From a bacterium (lineage in GTDB: Bacteria; Patescibacteriota; Patescibacteriia; UBA1558; GWA2-36-10): a DNA stretch of 64,000 nucleotides. The translations under genes and the position numbers were made by a program. Position 1 is the stretch's first letter. Every line of letters begins with the position of its first letter. Shown piece by piece: positions 9,470 to 21,393 of the stretch. Location of the stretch: the NCBI GenBank assembly GCA_018653315.1, contig JABIAL010000037.1:1487-65486 (forward strand), written 5' to 3'. The notes under the pieces were generated by a model. It was not told the origin of the DNA. It worked only from the letters and a program-made list of their open reading frames with translations, and did not search any database.

Positions 9470-10966
9470 TTAATTATTCTGCAACCACTCCAATAGAGTC
9501 CGGACACCAAAACCAACACCACCAATTGGCGTATAATTATTAAATGATTTTTCAGCATAAGCCGGACCAGCAATATCCAAATGCGCCCAAACCACACCTT
9601 CTTTAATAAATTCTTGCAAAAACATAGCCGCCGTAATTGAACCACCATAGCGAGTGCTAGGAATATTTTTTATGTCGGCTATATTACTTTTATTCAAATC
9701 TTTATATTCTACTGGCAAAGGCATAGACCACATCTTCTCACCAGCCTTGTCAGCTGCATTTATCAAACTTTTATTCAGAGCTTGATCATTAGCATACAAA
9801 GCCGCATAATCAGTGCCCAAAGCCACAAGACATGCTCCAGTCAAAGTAGCTAAATCAATAATAGTGTCAGCTCCTTGTTTTTGGGCATAAGCCAAAGAAT
9901 CAGCTAATGTCACCCTTCCTTCAGCATCAGTATTACCAATCTCAATAGTTTTGCCTTGCATATTAGTCACCACATCACCTGGTTTCAAAGCTCCACCTGA
10001 GGGCATATTTTCACAAGCAGCAATAATACCATGTACTTCAGCTTTTAATTTTAACTGACCAATAGCTTCAAAAACTCCCAAAACAGTGGCTGCTCCACCC
10101 ATATCTATCTTCATCTGCTCCATACTGTCCCCAATCTTTATATTCAAACCACCGCTATCAAAAGTAATTCCTTTACCAACTATGGCTATTTTCTTCTTAG
10201 TAACTCTGGCCGGATGATAAATCAAATGAATAAATTTCGCAGCCTGTTCTGAGCCCTCGGCTACACTCAAAAAAGCATTCATACCAATTTTTTCAATTCG
10301 TTCTTTGTCTAAAATTTTAACTGAGATATTTTTATTATTTTTAGCAATAGCATTAGCTGTCTCTGCCAAAAAAGTCGGTGTCATTACTCCAGCTGGTTCA
10401 TTAACTAAATCACGAGCCAATATCGTACCTCTGGCTAACAATAAACCTAACTCCCAAGCTTTTTTAAAAGCATTTTTCTTAGCATTATCTAGCTCGATGT
10501 AGATCTCTTCTAGCTCAATCTTAATTTTATTTTTATCTTGTTGTTTATATTTAATAAAATCATAGCTCGCCAATAGCAAACCTTCTGCCAAGGCCTGAGC
10601 AAAATTATTAATATTATTATTTCCTTTTAACCAATGCTTAGCCGATAAGCCTATTTTTTTAGCTCGATAATTTTTAAGATAAGCAATCAAAGATCCAGCT
10701 GCTTTTCGCCAATCATCCATATCTACTTTATTTTCTTTGCCAAAACCAAATAAAATAACCGTCAAATCGTCACCATAGATAGTAAAAACCTGTCCTTGTT
10801 TACCAATAAAATTCTCTTTTTTTGTTCTGTTTAAAATAGCTTTTTCTTCTTCATAACATAAATCTTGCACTATTTTACTAAGGTGTTTTTCTCCCTCCAA
10901 CACAGGAATAAATAATAGCTCTATCTCCTGTTCATCAACATTTTTACTACAAAATTTTATTTCCAT
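9470..10966 (-). CDS. pepA: Leucyl aminopeptidase (M17)
   Basis: GKGITFDSGG, MKIDMGG, NTDAEGR, DLATLTGA, HLDIAG; start at 10966 or 10975 rather than 11044. Confidence 0.95.
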   Translation of the reverse strand: MEIKFCSKNVDEQEIELLFIPVLEGEKHLSKIVQDLCYEEEKAILNRTKKENFIGKQGQVFTIYGDDLTVILFGFGKENKVDMDDWRKAAGSLIAYLKNYRAKKIGLSAKHWLKGNNNINNFAQALAEGLLLASYDFIKYKQQDKNKIKIELEEIYIELDNAKKNAFKKAWELGLLLARGTILARDLVNEPAGVMTPTFLAETANAIAKNNKNISVKILDKERIEKIGMNAFLSVAEGSEQAAKFIHLIYHPARVTKKKIAIVGKGITFDSGGLNIKIGDSMEQMKIDMGGAATVLGVFEAIGQLKLKAEVHGIIAACENMPSGGALKPGDVVTNMQGKTIEIGNTDAEGRVTLADSLAYAQKQGADTIIDLATLTGACLVALGTDYAALYANDQALNKSLINAADKAGEKMWSMPLPVEYKDLNKSNIADIKNIPSTRYGGSITAAMFLQEFIKEGVVWAHLDIAGPAYAEKSFNNYTPIGGVGFGVRTLLEWLQNN

Positions 10967-11025
10967 ATATTTCATTTTAATTATTAAATTTAACTTAACA
11001 TAGTTTAAAGCATATATCAATCTAA

Positions 11026-11056
11026 TAAAAAAACCACCTTTCACGGCAGTTTTTTA
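11026..11056 (-). terminator. Probable terminator of secE-nusG-rplK-rplA
   Basis: aaaaaaaccacc-tttc-acggcagtttttt imperfect hairpin flanked by A/T tracts. Confidence 0.45.
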
Positions 11057-11080
11057 TGGTATACACAATTATGTGAAAAT

Positions 11081-11764
11081 TTATTTAATTGCTACTTTGA
11101 TGCTTGGCCCCATAGATGAAGCAATAAACATCGCTTTAATATAGGTTCCCTTAAGAGACTGCGGTTTTATTTTCTTTAATGATTCAAAGAAAGTATTAAA
11201 ATTTTCTACTAAATTTGCGTCATCAAATGATACTTTACCGATAACCAAGTGAACATTAGCAGCAGAATCATTTTTATATGATACCTTACCTTTCTTAAGC
11301 TCACCGATCATTTTCTTCAAGTCCTCACCGATAGTTCCAATTTTAGGATTTGGCATTAAACCTTTTTGTCCTAGAGTACGAGCAATTACTGCTAATTGTT
11401 TCATCATACCCGGAGTAGTAACAGCAATATCAAAATCACATTTGTTAGTTTTTTTAATCTCTGCAATTAAATCTTCATCGCCAACAATGTCTGCACCAGC
11501 ATCTTTTGCTTCTTTTAATCTATCATTTGGTACAAAAGCAGCAATCTTTACAGTCTTACCAGTACCGTGTGGCAAGTTAACTGAATCTCTAATAATTTGA
11601 TCACCTTTTTTTGGATCAATACCCAAACGAGCATGTACTTCTACAGAAGCATCAAATTTTACCTGTGATGTTTCTTTAACTAGCTTAATAGCTTCTTCGA
11701 TTGGATAAATTTTTTCCCTATCGATTTTTGCTTTAGCTTCTTTTAATCTTTTACTGATTTTCAT
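11081..11764 (-). CDS. rplA: 50S ribosomal protein uL1
   Basis: KFDASVE, LPHGTGK, GLMPNPK.GT, SSMGP; start at MKISKR (11764). Confidence 0.97.
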   Translation of the reverse strand: MKISKRLKEAKAKIDREKIYPIEEAIKLVKETSQVKFDASVEVHARLGIDPKKGDQIIRDSVNLPHGTGKTVKIAAFVPNDRLKEAKDAGADIVGDEDLIAEIKKTNKCDFDIAVTTPGMMKQLAVIARTLGQKGLMPNPKIGTIGEDLKKMIGELKKGKVSYKNDSAANVHLVIGKVSFDDANLVENFNTFFESLKKIKPQSLKGTYIKAMFIASSMGPSIKVAIK

Positions 11765-11777
11765 AATATTATAATTT

Positions 11778-11820
11778 GCGAGGTACAAATGCCCGATCGA
11801 CTAAAATCTGGCTCCCTCTA
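11778..11820 (-). promoter_or_regulatory. Putative uL1 autoregulatory binding site
   Basis: GAGG-GAG-CC...GGC-AUUUGUA-CCUC stem/internal loop/stem just upstream of rplA. Confidence 0.55.
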
Positions 11821-11827
11821 AAATAAT

Positions 11828-12274
11828 TTATTTGCTTGCTCCGCCTTTGGCGGATTCAATTGTTACGCCCATTTGTTTAGCAGTACCAGCAATAATCTTT
11901 TTGGCTGCCTCTATGTCATTAGCGTTTAGATCTGGCATTTTCTTCTCAGCAATTTCAGTCAATTGAGCATCGGTCAATTTACCTACTTTTTCTTGTAATG
12001 GTTTACCTGACCCTTTTTTAAGACCAGCTTTGTCTTTGATCATTTCAGATGCAGGAGCAGTTTTTAAGATAAAATCAAAACTACGATCATCGTAAATACT
12101 TAACTCAACAGGAACAAGTTCTCCCATTCTATCTTTTGAATCTGCGTTAAATCTAGTACAAAACTCCTGGATGTTCAAACCATGGGGCCCTAAAGCGGTA
12201 CCGACTGGCGGTGCTGGAGTAGCTTTTCCGGCTTGAATCTGTAACTTAACAATCTGTTTTACTTCTTTTGCCAT
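11828..12274 (-). CDS. rplK: 50S ribosomal protein uL11
   Basis: [34 protein letters not shown]. Confidence 0.97.
   Translation of the reverse strand: MAKEVKQIVKLQIQAGKATPAPPVGTALGPHGLNIQEFCTRFNADSKDRMGELVPVELSIYDDRSFDFILKTAPASEMIKDKAGLKKGSGKPLQEKVGKLTDAQLTEIAEKKMPDLNANDIEAAKKIIAGTAKQMGVTIESAKGGASK
11840..11854. repeat. Short palindrome tccgcctttggcgga in the rplK 3' end
   Basis: 13 nt shared with 50020-50032 in the ileS 3' end. Confidence 0.6.
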
Positions 12275-12283
12275 ATAATTAAT

Positions 12284-12829
12284 TTATATCTTCTTAATTT
12301 GTAAAAAATCTAACTCTACTGGGGTTTCACGACCAAACATAGAAACTAAAACTTTAGCCTTACCACGTGCTTCATCAACTTCTGAAACTTTACCTTCGTA
12401 ATCTTTAAATGGACCATCAACAATCTTAACAATTTCATCAACTGCAACGTCAACTTTATATTCAGGCTCATCTTGACCCATGCGTTGCATTAGTGACTGA
12501 ATTTCATCTTCAGAAACTGGCGTCGGCGTAGTACCAGAGCCAACGAATCCAGTAACATTTGGCGTATTACGAACAACATACCAAGACGCATCTGTTACAA
12601 TCATGCTAACCAAAACATAACCCGGAAAAATTTTTTCCTTGACCATTTTACGTTTACCATTTTTGATCTTAATCTTGGTTTCTACTGGAATCAAAACGTC
12701 AAAAATTTTATCTTCCATATCCATGGATTCAATTCTTTGACGTAAATTACGAGACACATTTTCTTCATAACCAGAATAAGTGTGTAGCACGTACCAGCGT
12801 CTGCCTTGTTGTGAAGTTTGTTTAGGCAT
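12284..12829 (-). CDS. nusG: Transcription factor NusG
   Basis: WYVLHTYSGYE, FPGYVLV, VTGFVG, KOW domain, FGRETPVEL. Confidence 0.98.
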   Translation of the reverse strand: MPKQTSQQGRRWYVLHTYSGYEENVSRNLRQRIESMDMEDKIFDVLIPVETKIKIKNGKRKMVKEKIFPGYVLVSMIVTDASWYVVRNTPNVTGFVGSGTTPTPVSEDEIQSLMQRMGQDEPEYKVDVAVDEIVKIVDGPFKDYEGKVSEVDEARGKAKVLVSMFGRETPVELDFLQIKKI

Positions 12830-12838
12830 AAGTTTATT

Positions 12839-13018
12839 TTAAATAAATAACTCTAATACTTTATTTAAACCATAATCAATTGCTCCCAAAAAGACAGCAA
12901 CGGCAATAGAAATAGCAATCACAATGCCAGTATGATTAATAGTAGTTTGTCTAGAAGGCCAAGACACCTTACCTAGCTCTTCACGAGATTTTTTGAGGTA
13001 ATTAAATAATTTTTTCAT
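12839..13018 (-). CDS. secE: Preprotein translocase subunit SecE
   Basis: ELGKVSWPSR plus a single TM helix; upstream of nusG. Confidence 0.93.
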   Translation of the reverse strand: MKKLFNYLKKSREELGKVSWPSRQTTINHTGIVIAISIAVAVFLGAIDYGLNKVLELFI

Positions 13019-13150
13019 ATATTTCAAATATTGGTATTTTAAAACAGCCTATCTGAGCTGTTTATACTGAACAAAATATAGCACAAAAAAACAATTTTGA
13101 CAAGGCCTACAGAAAACTCTCTAAAAATAATACTTTTTATCTAAAATTAG

Positions 13151-14941
13151 CTATTTTCTAACAAATATAGACCAATTATTTAAGTTATATACTTCCTGCC
13201 AATATTGCTCTGAAATCAAATCTTTTTGTATACGAAGTTCTACATCTTTACCTCCGTTAGGAAAATCATCATGCCAAAACCACAATAAATATTCGTCAAC
13301 ACCATATAGATCTGTATTGTGATACAGCAACATAGCATCTATCTGCCTTGGATAGCCCTTGTCTATGATCTCTATAAATTCTTCTGGATTATTAGCTGCG
13401 CTTAATTTTTCTATTTCTGCCATCCGAACATTATAATTAGCTGCATGATGACTAAAATGTACACTGTGAGTAATATAATATGATAATGGTAAATAAGCGC
13501 CAACTTCCATAGAACCGCTTGATAGCCAAGTTCTCTCAGCATTGTCTGGAACATTATTCTTTATAGCCTCTACTAATTGAGTTATTTTTTGCTGAGCGTG
13601 CAAATCTTGTTCTATTTGTCTAAGCACAACTGGATCATCCATGAAATACACAAAAGGCATTCTAGAGACTAATAAAAGGAAACCAAGTATTACTACTCCT
13701 CTTTTAAATTTTAGCTGCCACTGAGAAATATATTTTTTGTAAACATAAATTAATAAATAAGTTAAGCCAACTGCAATTGCTGCTGTACCTAAAAACCAAA
13801 AACCCTTAGATGCTTGAATTGGCTTATGTCCTAACAAAAACAAAAATTGATTAAAAAATTGATAAACAAAAGTCGATGCTAGTACAATTAAACTTGCTTT
13901 GACAAAACTTTTTTTGACAAAAAATATTAAAGCAGCCAAACCAAATACATACATAATAGACTGCAAAGACAAATGTTGCCAAGGTACGTAGCTAAAAAAA
14001 TCTTCTGGCACAAAATGTGTCGCCTGACCAGCCTCTAAGCCATATTTAAAATATGACAAAAGTAATGGCACGATAAATACAGATGCTATCAAACTAATAA
14101 TAAGACCAAATAATACCGTTCTTTTTATATTAAGCCATTTATCTTTAGCCAATAAAGCTAGGACAAAAATAGCTGGCACTAACATGACCCACCAAAAATA
14201 ATAAATCAAAAATAATAAACCACCAGTAACTCCTATGAATAAGTATTGTTTATAATTCCATTTTTTATTATTAAAACTCTTGGCTATAAATCCAATCAAA
14301 ATAACACTAAATAAAGCCGGTAAACATTCGTATGGTTTTAGCATAACAGAATCAAAGTCTAACATGGCTATATAGATCACAGGTAATAACCACCAAAACC
14401 AAGCAGACGATTCAATAGATTTGTCTTCCTCTCGACAACTCGGCTGAGCTCGCCGTAGCCTTCGCTCGAGATTTTCAACTTTTTTAACTAGACTTATTTT
14501 ATTCCAAAAATACTTTTGCCATAAATAAGAGCCCAGAAACCATAAAATAAGTGTCCCTGCAATTCCTGCCTTGGCTGCTACTATAGCATTAGAAGCAAAC
14601 GGCCTAGACAGTAACCCTGTTACCCAAAAATAAAGTGGCGGATAAAACTGAGGTAACCAATCATAATAAAAATCATGCCAAGGATTTCCTAATAAAACTT
14701 TACCGAGAAATCCTAAAACAAACAACTCATCGCCAACATTCCCCCACCACATAGTTTTTAACGGTAATGCCAAAACTAAATAAAAAGAAACAAAAACAAC
14801 CGTGGTTAGTAACATGAATACCCATGGTTGCTTTTTTTTATAAATAAAAAATATTATTAGAAATGTGTATAGAAAAAATATTATTTTTGACAAGGCCAAA
14901 ATGTTTAAAGTTTGCTGACTAATATCTAGAATCATAAACAA
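13151..14941 (-). CDS. Polytopic GT-C glycosyltransferase, AftA (arabinofuranosyltransferase)-like
   Basis: Many TM helices; GDE..DFYY..LPQFYPPLYFWVTG and KPYE motifs resemble the AftA N-domain; soluble C-terminus. Confidence 0.6.
   Translation of the reverse strand: MFMILDISQQTLNILALSKIIFFLYTFLIIFFIYKKKQPWVFMLLTTVVFVSFYLVLALPLKTMWWGNVGDELFVLGFLGKVLLGNPWHDFYYDWLPQFYPPLYFWVTGLLSRPFASNAIVAAKAGIAGTLILWFLGSYLWQKYFWNKISLVKKVENLERRLRRAQPSCREEDKSIESSAWFWWLLPVIYIAMLDFDSVMLKPYECLPALFSVILIGFIAKSFNNKKWNYKQYLFIGVTGGLLFLIYYFWWVMLVPAIFVLALLAKDKWLNIKRTVLFGLIISLIASVFIVPLLLSYFKYGLEAGQATHFVPEDFFSYVPWQHLSLQSIMYVFGLAALIFFVKKSFVKASLIVLASTFVYQFFNQFLFLLGHKPIQASKGFWFLGTAAIAVGLTYLLIYVYKKYISQWQLKFKRGVVILGFLLLVSRMPFVYFMDDPVVLRQIEQDLHAQQKITQLVEAIKNNVPDNAERTWLSSGSMEVGAYLPLSYYITHSVHFSHHAANYNVRMAEIEKLSAANNPEEFIEIIDKGYPRQIDAMLLYHNTDLYGVDEYLLWFWHDDFPNGGKDVELRIQKDLISEQYWQEVYNLNNWSIFVRK
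14430..14471. repeat. Nested REP-like palindromic insertion inside a CDS
   Basis: tctcgaca[actcggctgagctcgccgtagcct]tcgctcgaga; inner 24-mer is 22/24 identical to 62353-62376. Confidence 0.8.
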
Positions 14942-14950
14942 TGTTTAATT

Positions 14951-17029
<2,079 letters not shown>

Positions 17030-17160
17030 TTAAGCTTAATCTTTCGATTGCTTTTTAAGATGAATAATATAGTCTAATTTTAGCATAATTTGACCAAAAA
17101 AACAAGCTAAAGTAAGCCTGTTTTTTTACTTAAGATTAGCTAAAAAAGTAGCTAAAATTG

Positions 17161-19590
17161 CTATCTTTGAACAGCTTTAAATTTTTTCTTTAAGACGCCT
17201 GTTATTTCCTTAACTAAGACATCAGCATCCTCTGATTCTAAGGTTTTTTCAGGGCTACGAAGTTCAACATGAAATGCCAATGATTTTTGTCCTGCTGGCA
17301 CTCCTTTGCCCATAAAGACGTCAAAAGGCTCAACACTAACAATAATATTAGATAGTTTATAAATTTCTACTGACAGATCCGTCCATTGTACATCCTCGTC
17401 TATTAAGATCGCTACATCACGTATAATACTAGGAAACTTAGATATTGATTGATAGACTTTATTTCTGTTCAAATATTTTACTAAAACCGAAAAATTAAAT
17501 TCCCACCATGTTGTTTGCACCGATTTTGTACCGCTATCTAGTAGCTCTTTATTTAATAAACCGTAATGTCCTAAAACTACATCTTGATGCTTAATAACAT
17601 AAGCTAACTTACTATACGATAACTCCGTAGCCTCCAAGGTCCAATCGATTCCTAAATAATCTTGTAAATTTTCTAATAAACCTTTAGTTTGTAAAAACGC
17701 TTCCTGAGCAGACAAATTGACTACCGATACTCCTGTTAAATATTTGTCTTGCAAAGGCAGGTATTTCTTTTTTCCATGACTAACAGCATAGATACTATTA
17801 GCAGATTTATCAAAAACTCGATCTAATTCAAAAATATTTATCTGATCAAAAAATCTCAAATTCTCCTCTGCTTTGGTTAATAAATTTGGTAATAAAGAAA
17901 GATTCAAATATTGTAGCTCCGGTGTAAAACTATTAGTAACTTTAATAAAATCCTTGGTATCAAAGCCCAATTTTTCTGCCCAAGCAATATTTGTAAAAGG
18001 ATAAGTGTAAACCTCTGAATAACTATGCGCTTGACTTAACCAATATCGAATATCTCTAGAGGCCTTAAGTGCTACATCAATGATTGGTGATTGAATAGAT
18101 ACTTTTGGTAAAATAGCCTGAATATTATCATAGCCATAAATACGAGCTACCTCCTCTACAATGTCCTCAGGAATAGAAATGTCTTTAGTTGCTCTAAAAG
18201 ATGGTACTTTGATATCAAAAATACCAGCCTTATACTTCACCTCAAATTGTAATCTAGTCAAAATATCTTGAATATCTTTTTGAGGAACATCAACACCGAA
18301 ACGATCATTGATCAATTTCTCCTCTACTTTTAGATTAATTGTTTCAAATGGATTATTATTTACATCTATTAATTTACTAGCCACATAAGACTCCTTACTG
18401 ATTTCTAAGATTAATTCACTTGCTTTTTTAATGGCTTGTTCGGCTAATTCTGGATCTAAAGATTTTTCAAAACGAGTAGAACTTTCTGAACGCAAACCTA
18501 ATGCCGTAGAAGTACGACGAACATTAGCTGCTTTAAAATTAGCTGATTCTAAAATAATATCAGTGGTATCTGAATTAATTTCACTATTTTGACCACCCAT
18601 AATCCCAGCCAAGGCAATATATTTCTTAGAATCGGCAATCATCAAATAATCTTCAGATAATTTTCTCTTAGTTCCATCTAAACTGATAAATTTTTCTCCT
18701 TTTTTGGCTGTCTTTATTTCAATTTGATTTTTATCAACTTGCTTAGCATCAAATGCGTGCATTGGCTGTCCTAATTCATACATCACAAAATTAGTAACAT
18801 CAACAATATTATTAATTGGTCTAATACCAACTGCTTGCAAACGAGTTTGTAGCCACCAAGGAGACGCCTGAATTTTTATGTTTTTTATAACTAGCCCTAA
18901 ATAACGAAAACATTTTTCTTTATCTCTAACGCTTACTTTTAATTTAACTTCATCTTTAAGACTAATATTACTTACCACATAATCTTTTAACTTAGTACGA
19001 TAAATAGCCGCTATCTCTCTGGCTAAACCATATTGCCCCCATAAATCTGGGCGATGATTGATAGATTTATTATCAATATCAATAATAAAATCATCTAAAC
19101 CTAAAGCTGAGGCTAAATTTTCACCGACTTTAAGATTAAATTTTGATAAATCTAAAATATCCTTTTCTGATTTGACTGGAAAAAGATTAGTTAAACCAAT
19201 TTCTGAAGCGGCGGCGATCATGCCAACACTCTGTACACCGCGAATTTTTACTTGTTCTAGGGTAACCCAATCTCCTTCACCATGCCAACGCACACGACTA
19301 CCGATAGTAGCTACCGCCACTAACATACCTGTGGTTAAATTAACGCCTCCACAGACAATTTGTTCTTCTCTATCACCTAAAGAAACACTGCAAACCTGCA
19401 AACGATCGGCTTTGGGATGCTTGGTAATCTCTTTAATCTTACCAACTACAATACCCTTCAAGCTATCTGCTTGGTCTATTACTTCCTCTACCTCAACGGT
19501 AGACATAGTCAAATCATTAGCTAATTGTTTTGGTGTAAGATCTTTTGGTAATTTTACCCAATCTTTTATCCAATTTACTGATAAATACAT
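17161..19590 (-). CDS. pheT: Phenylalanyl-tRNA synthetase beta subunit
   Basis: tRNA-binding OB fold (HPKADRL, IVCGG), B3/4 (RPINNIVD), EEVARIYGY, FDX-ACB C-terminus. Confidence 0.97.
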   Translation of the reverse strand: MYLSVNWIKDWVKLPKDLTPKQLANDLTMSTVEVEEVIDQADSLKGIVVGKIKEITKHPKADRLQVCSVSLGDREEQIVCGGVNLTTGMLVAVATIGSRVRWHGEGDWVTLEQVKIRGVQSVGMIAAASEIGLTNLFPVKSEKDILDLSKFNLKVGENLASALGLDDFIIDIDNKSINHRPDLWGQYGLAREIAAIYRTKLKDYVVSNISLKDEVKLKVSVRDKEKCFRYLGLVIKNIKIQASPWWLQTRLQAVGIRPINNIVDVTNFVMYELGQPMHAFDAKQVDKNQIEIKTAKKGEKFISLDGTKRKLSEDYLMIADSKKYIALAGIMGGQNSEINSDTTDIILESANFKAANVRRTSTALGLRSESSTRFEKSLDPELAEQAIKKASELILEISKESYVASKLIDVNNNPFETINLKVEEKLINDRFGVDVPQKDIQDILTRLQFEVKYKAGIFDIKVPSFRATKDISIPEDIVEEVARIYGYDNIQAILPKVSIQSPIIDVALKASRDIRYWLSQAHSYSEVYTYPFTNIAWAEKLGFDTKDFIKVTNSFTPELQYLNLSLLPNLLTKAEENLRFFDQINIFELDRVFDKSANSIYAVSHGKKKYLPLQDKYLTGVSVVNLSAQEAFLQTKGLLENLQDYLGIDWTLEATELSYSKLAYVIKHQDVVLGHYGLLNKELLDSGTKSVQTTWWEFNFSVLVKYLNRNKVYQSISKFPSIIRDVAILIDEDVQWTDLSVEIYKLSNIIVSVEPFDVFMGKGVPAGQKSLAFHVELRSPEKTLESEDADVLVKEITGVLKKKFKAVQR

Positions 19591-19599
19591 ATTTAAAAA

Positions 19600-20607
19600 C
19601 TAAAATTGATTAAGAAATCTAAGATCACCGGACTGTAATAAACGAATATCATCAATCCGATATTTCATCATAGTCATACGAGTAAGACCTAGACCAAAAG
19701 CAAAACCAGAATATTCTTTGGGGTCTACTCCAGTAGCTTCTAAAACTTTTGGGTGAACCATGCCACAAGGCATAAGCTCTAACCAGCCAGATTGTTTACA
19801 AACAGAACAGCCATCACCGTCGCAAATCAAACATTTTATGTCCATTTCAAAACCAGGCTCAACAAAGGGAAAAAATCCTGGACGCAAACGAACATCAACA
19901 TCTGTTTGAAATACGGATGATAATAATGTTTTCATGGTAGCAATTAAATTGCCAATATTAATATCCTTATCAATCATTAAGCCTTCTAATTGGTAAAAAG
20001 TATGATCATGCGAAGCGTCAGTAGCCTCATAACGAAATACCCTGCCAGGGAAAATACCTCTAAAAGGTGCGCCATGTTTTTCTAACATCCGTATTTGTAA
20101 ATTGGAAGTATGAGTACGCAATAAATTCTTTCCTTCTACCCAAAAAGTATCTTGAGTATCACGAGCTGGATGATCTTCCGGGATATTCAAAGCGGTGAAA
20201 TTATAATAATCTGATTCTAATTGCGGACCATCATAAACTGTAAATCCCATTTTACTAAAAGCATCCTCAATTTCGTATTGAACGATTGTAGAAGGATTTA
20301 AGTGTCCTTTATCTTTTCTGTTGCCTGGTAATGTTGGATCAAAATCTACACCTTCATCAGCCTGACCATGCCAAAGCTTTTCCGCCCGGTCAAAAAGAAC
20401 CACTAACTCTTTCTTTACTTCGTTAGCTAATTGACCAATACGTGGTTTTTCTTCAATAGTTAAATCTTTGAGACCTTTTAAGATGGTTGCCAACTCACCT
20501 TTACGTCCCAAATATTTAGTCTTCAGGTCAGCTACAAACTTAGCATCCTTTACCTCATCTAATTCTTTGATGATCCTATTTTTTAAACTTTTTAATTTAA
20601 TTTCCAT
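19600..20607 (-). CDS. pheS: Phenylalanyl-tRNA synthetase alpha subunit
   Basis: HPARD.QDTF, LRTHTS, FPFVEP, GFAFGLG. Confidence 0.98.
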   Translation of the reverse strand: MEIKLKSLKNRIIKELDEVKDAKFVADLKTKYLGRKGELATILKGLKDLTIEEKPRIGQLANEVKKELVVLFDRAEKLWHGQADEGVDFDPTLPGNRKDKGHLNPSTIVQYEIEDAFSKMGFTVYDGPQLESDYYNFTALNIPEDHPARDTQDTFWVEGKNLLRTHTSNLQIRMLEKHGAPFRGIFPGRVFRYEATDASHDHTFYQLEGLMIDKDINIGNLIATMKTLLSSVFQTDVDVRLRPGFFPFVEPGFEMDIKCLICDGDGCSVCKQSGWLELMPCGMVHPKVLEATGVDPKEYSGFAFGLGLTRMTMMKYRIDDIRLLQSGDLRFLNQF

Positions 20608-20646
20608 ATAATCTTTAATTGCTTTTATATTTACCCCGTTAGATGT

Positions 20647-21039
20647 TTATTTATCTAACTTAGGTTGGCGAAATACCAAAACTAAAAACTCAAATAATGT
20701 TGCAACAATTATCAATAATAATATATTCCACCAGGTTAACAAACGTGAAGATTGTAAAATTAAAGCAATTATTAAAATAATTGAAAAAATTATAGCCTGA
20801 CGGAAAGATTCAGCAGCAGATCTATAAGATAGCTCTTTTTTGTGTCGCCAGATTTTGCGCCACCAAAAACCTAAAATTGCTAAACTACCTAAAACACTTA
20901 AAAATAAACTAACATAAAAAAACACAAACACCGCCATATTAGCTTGATTAGGGTCAAAATTACCAATCACCAAGAAAAAACCGAGCCAAGCAACAATGGT
21001 GGCTCCAAGCATAGCGAAATTGTATATTTTTATTTGCAT
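20647..21039 (-). CDS. Hypothetical four-TM membrane protein
   Basis: Four hydrophobic segments; SFRQA and LTWWN motifs. Confidence 0.75.
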   Translation of the reverse strand: MQIKIYNFAMLGATIVAWLGFFLVIGNFDPNQANMAVFVFFYVSLFLSVLGSLAILGFWWRKIWRHKKELSYRSAAESFRQAIIFSIILIIALILQSSRLLTWWNILLLIIVATLFEFLVLVFRQPKLDK

Positions 21040-21094
21040 TGCATTAAATATACTAAAAATAGCTCAAAAAATCAATCCCTCAGTTTAAAATAGA

Positions 21095-21391
21095 CTAGCT
21101 CAAAAAATGTAGATCATCTACTACTTCTTGCTGCCAATATGCATTTATAGCCTCTATAAACATTGCTTTATCCTCTGTTAATTTATGTAAAATGTCATCA
21201 GACAAAATAGCAATGGTCAATAATTTCTTTTTAAAATAAATAGCTTGAGCCTTGCTTTCAACATCATCATCAAAAAACTGTACTAATAGTTTATTAGCAC
21301 TATCTATCACCAAAGAATCTTTGGCTTGTTTCCAAGTGTTATTATGAGTTACTTTATACTTAGCTAAATTTTTAAAAGAATTCCACGGCAT
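21095..21391 (-). CDS. Probable DciA/DUF721-like protein
   Basis: 98 aa; pattern AIYFKKKLLTIA..S...L......I..IN......V..L.F. Confidence 0.55.
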   Translation of the reverse strand: MPWNSFKNLAKYKVTHNNTWKQAKDSLVIDSANKLLVQFFDDDVESKAQAIYFKKKLLTIAILSDDILHKLTEDKAMFIEAINAYWQQEVVDDLHFLS

Positions 21392-21393
21392 AA

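Noticed and set aside
10967-11044. Extended pepA N-terminus in the ORF track
   Set aside because: It runs through the rplA terminator; an AT-rich start context at 10966/10975 is more plausible.
13028-13150. Possible tRNA upstream of secE
   Set aside because: No cloverleaf or T-loop motif; only a promoter (TTGTCA-N17-TATATT) and a small hairpin.
20631-20643. ttaccccgttaga upstream of pheS, and agtgcggggttt near 5055 in the LCP gene, as half-elements
   Set aside because: Single short arms with no partner in the window; cannot be distinguished from chance.
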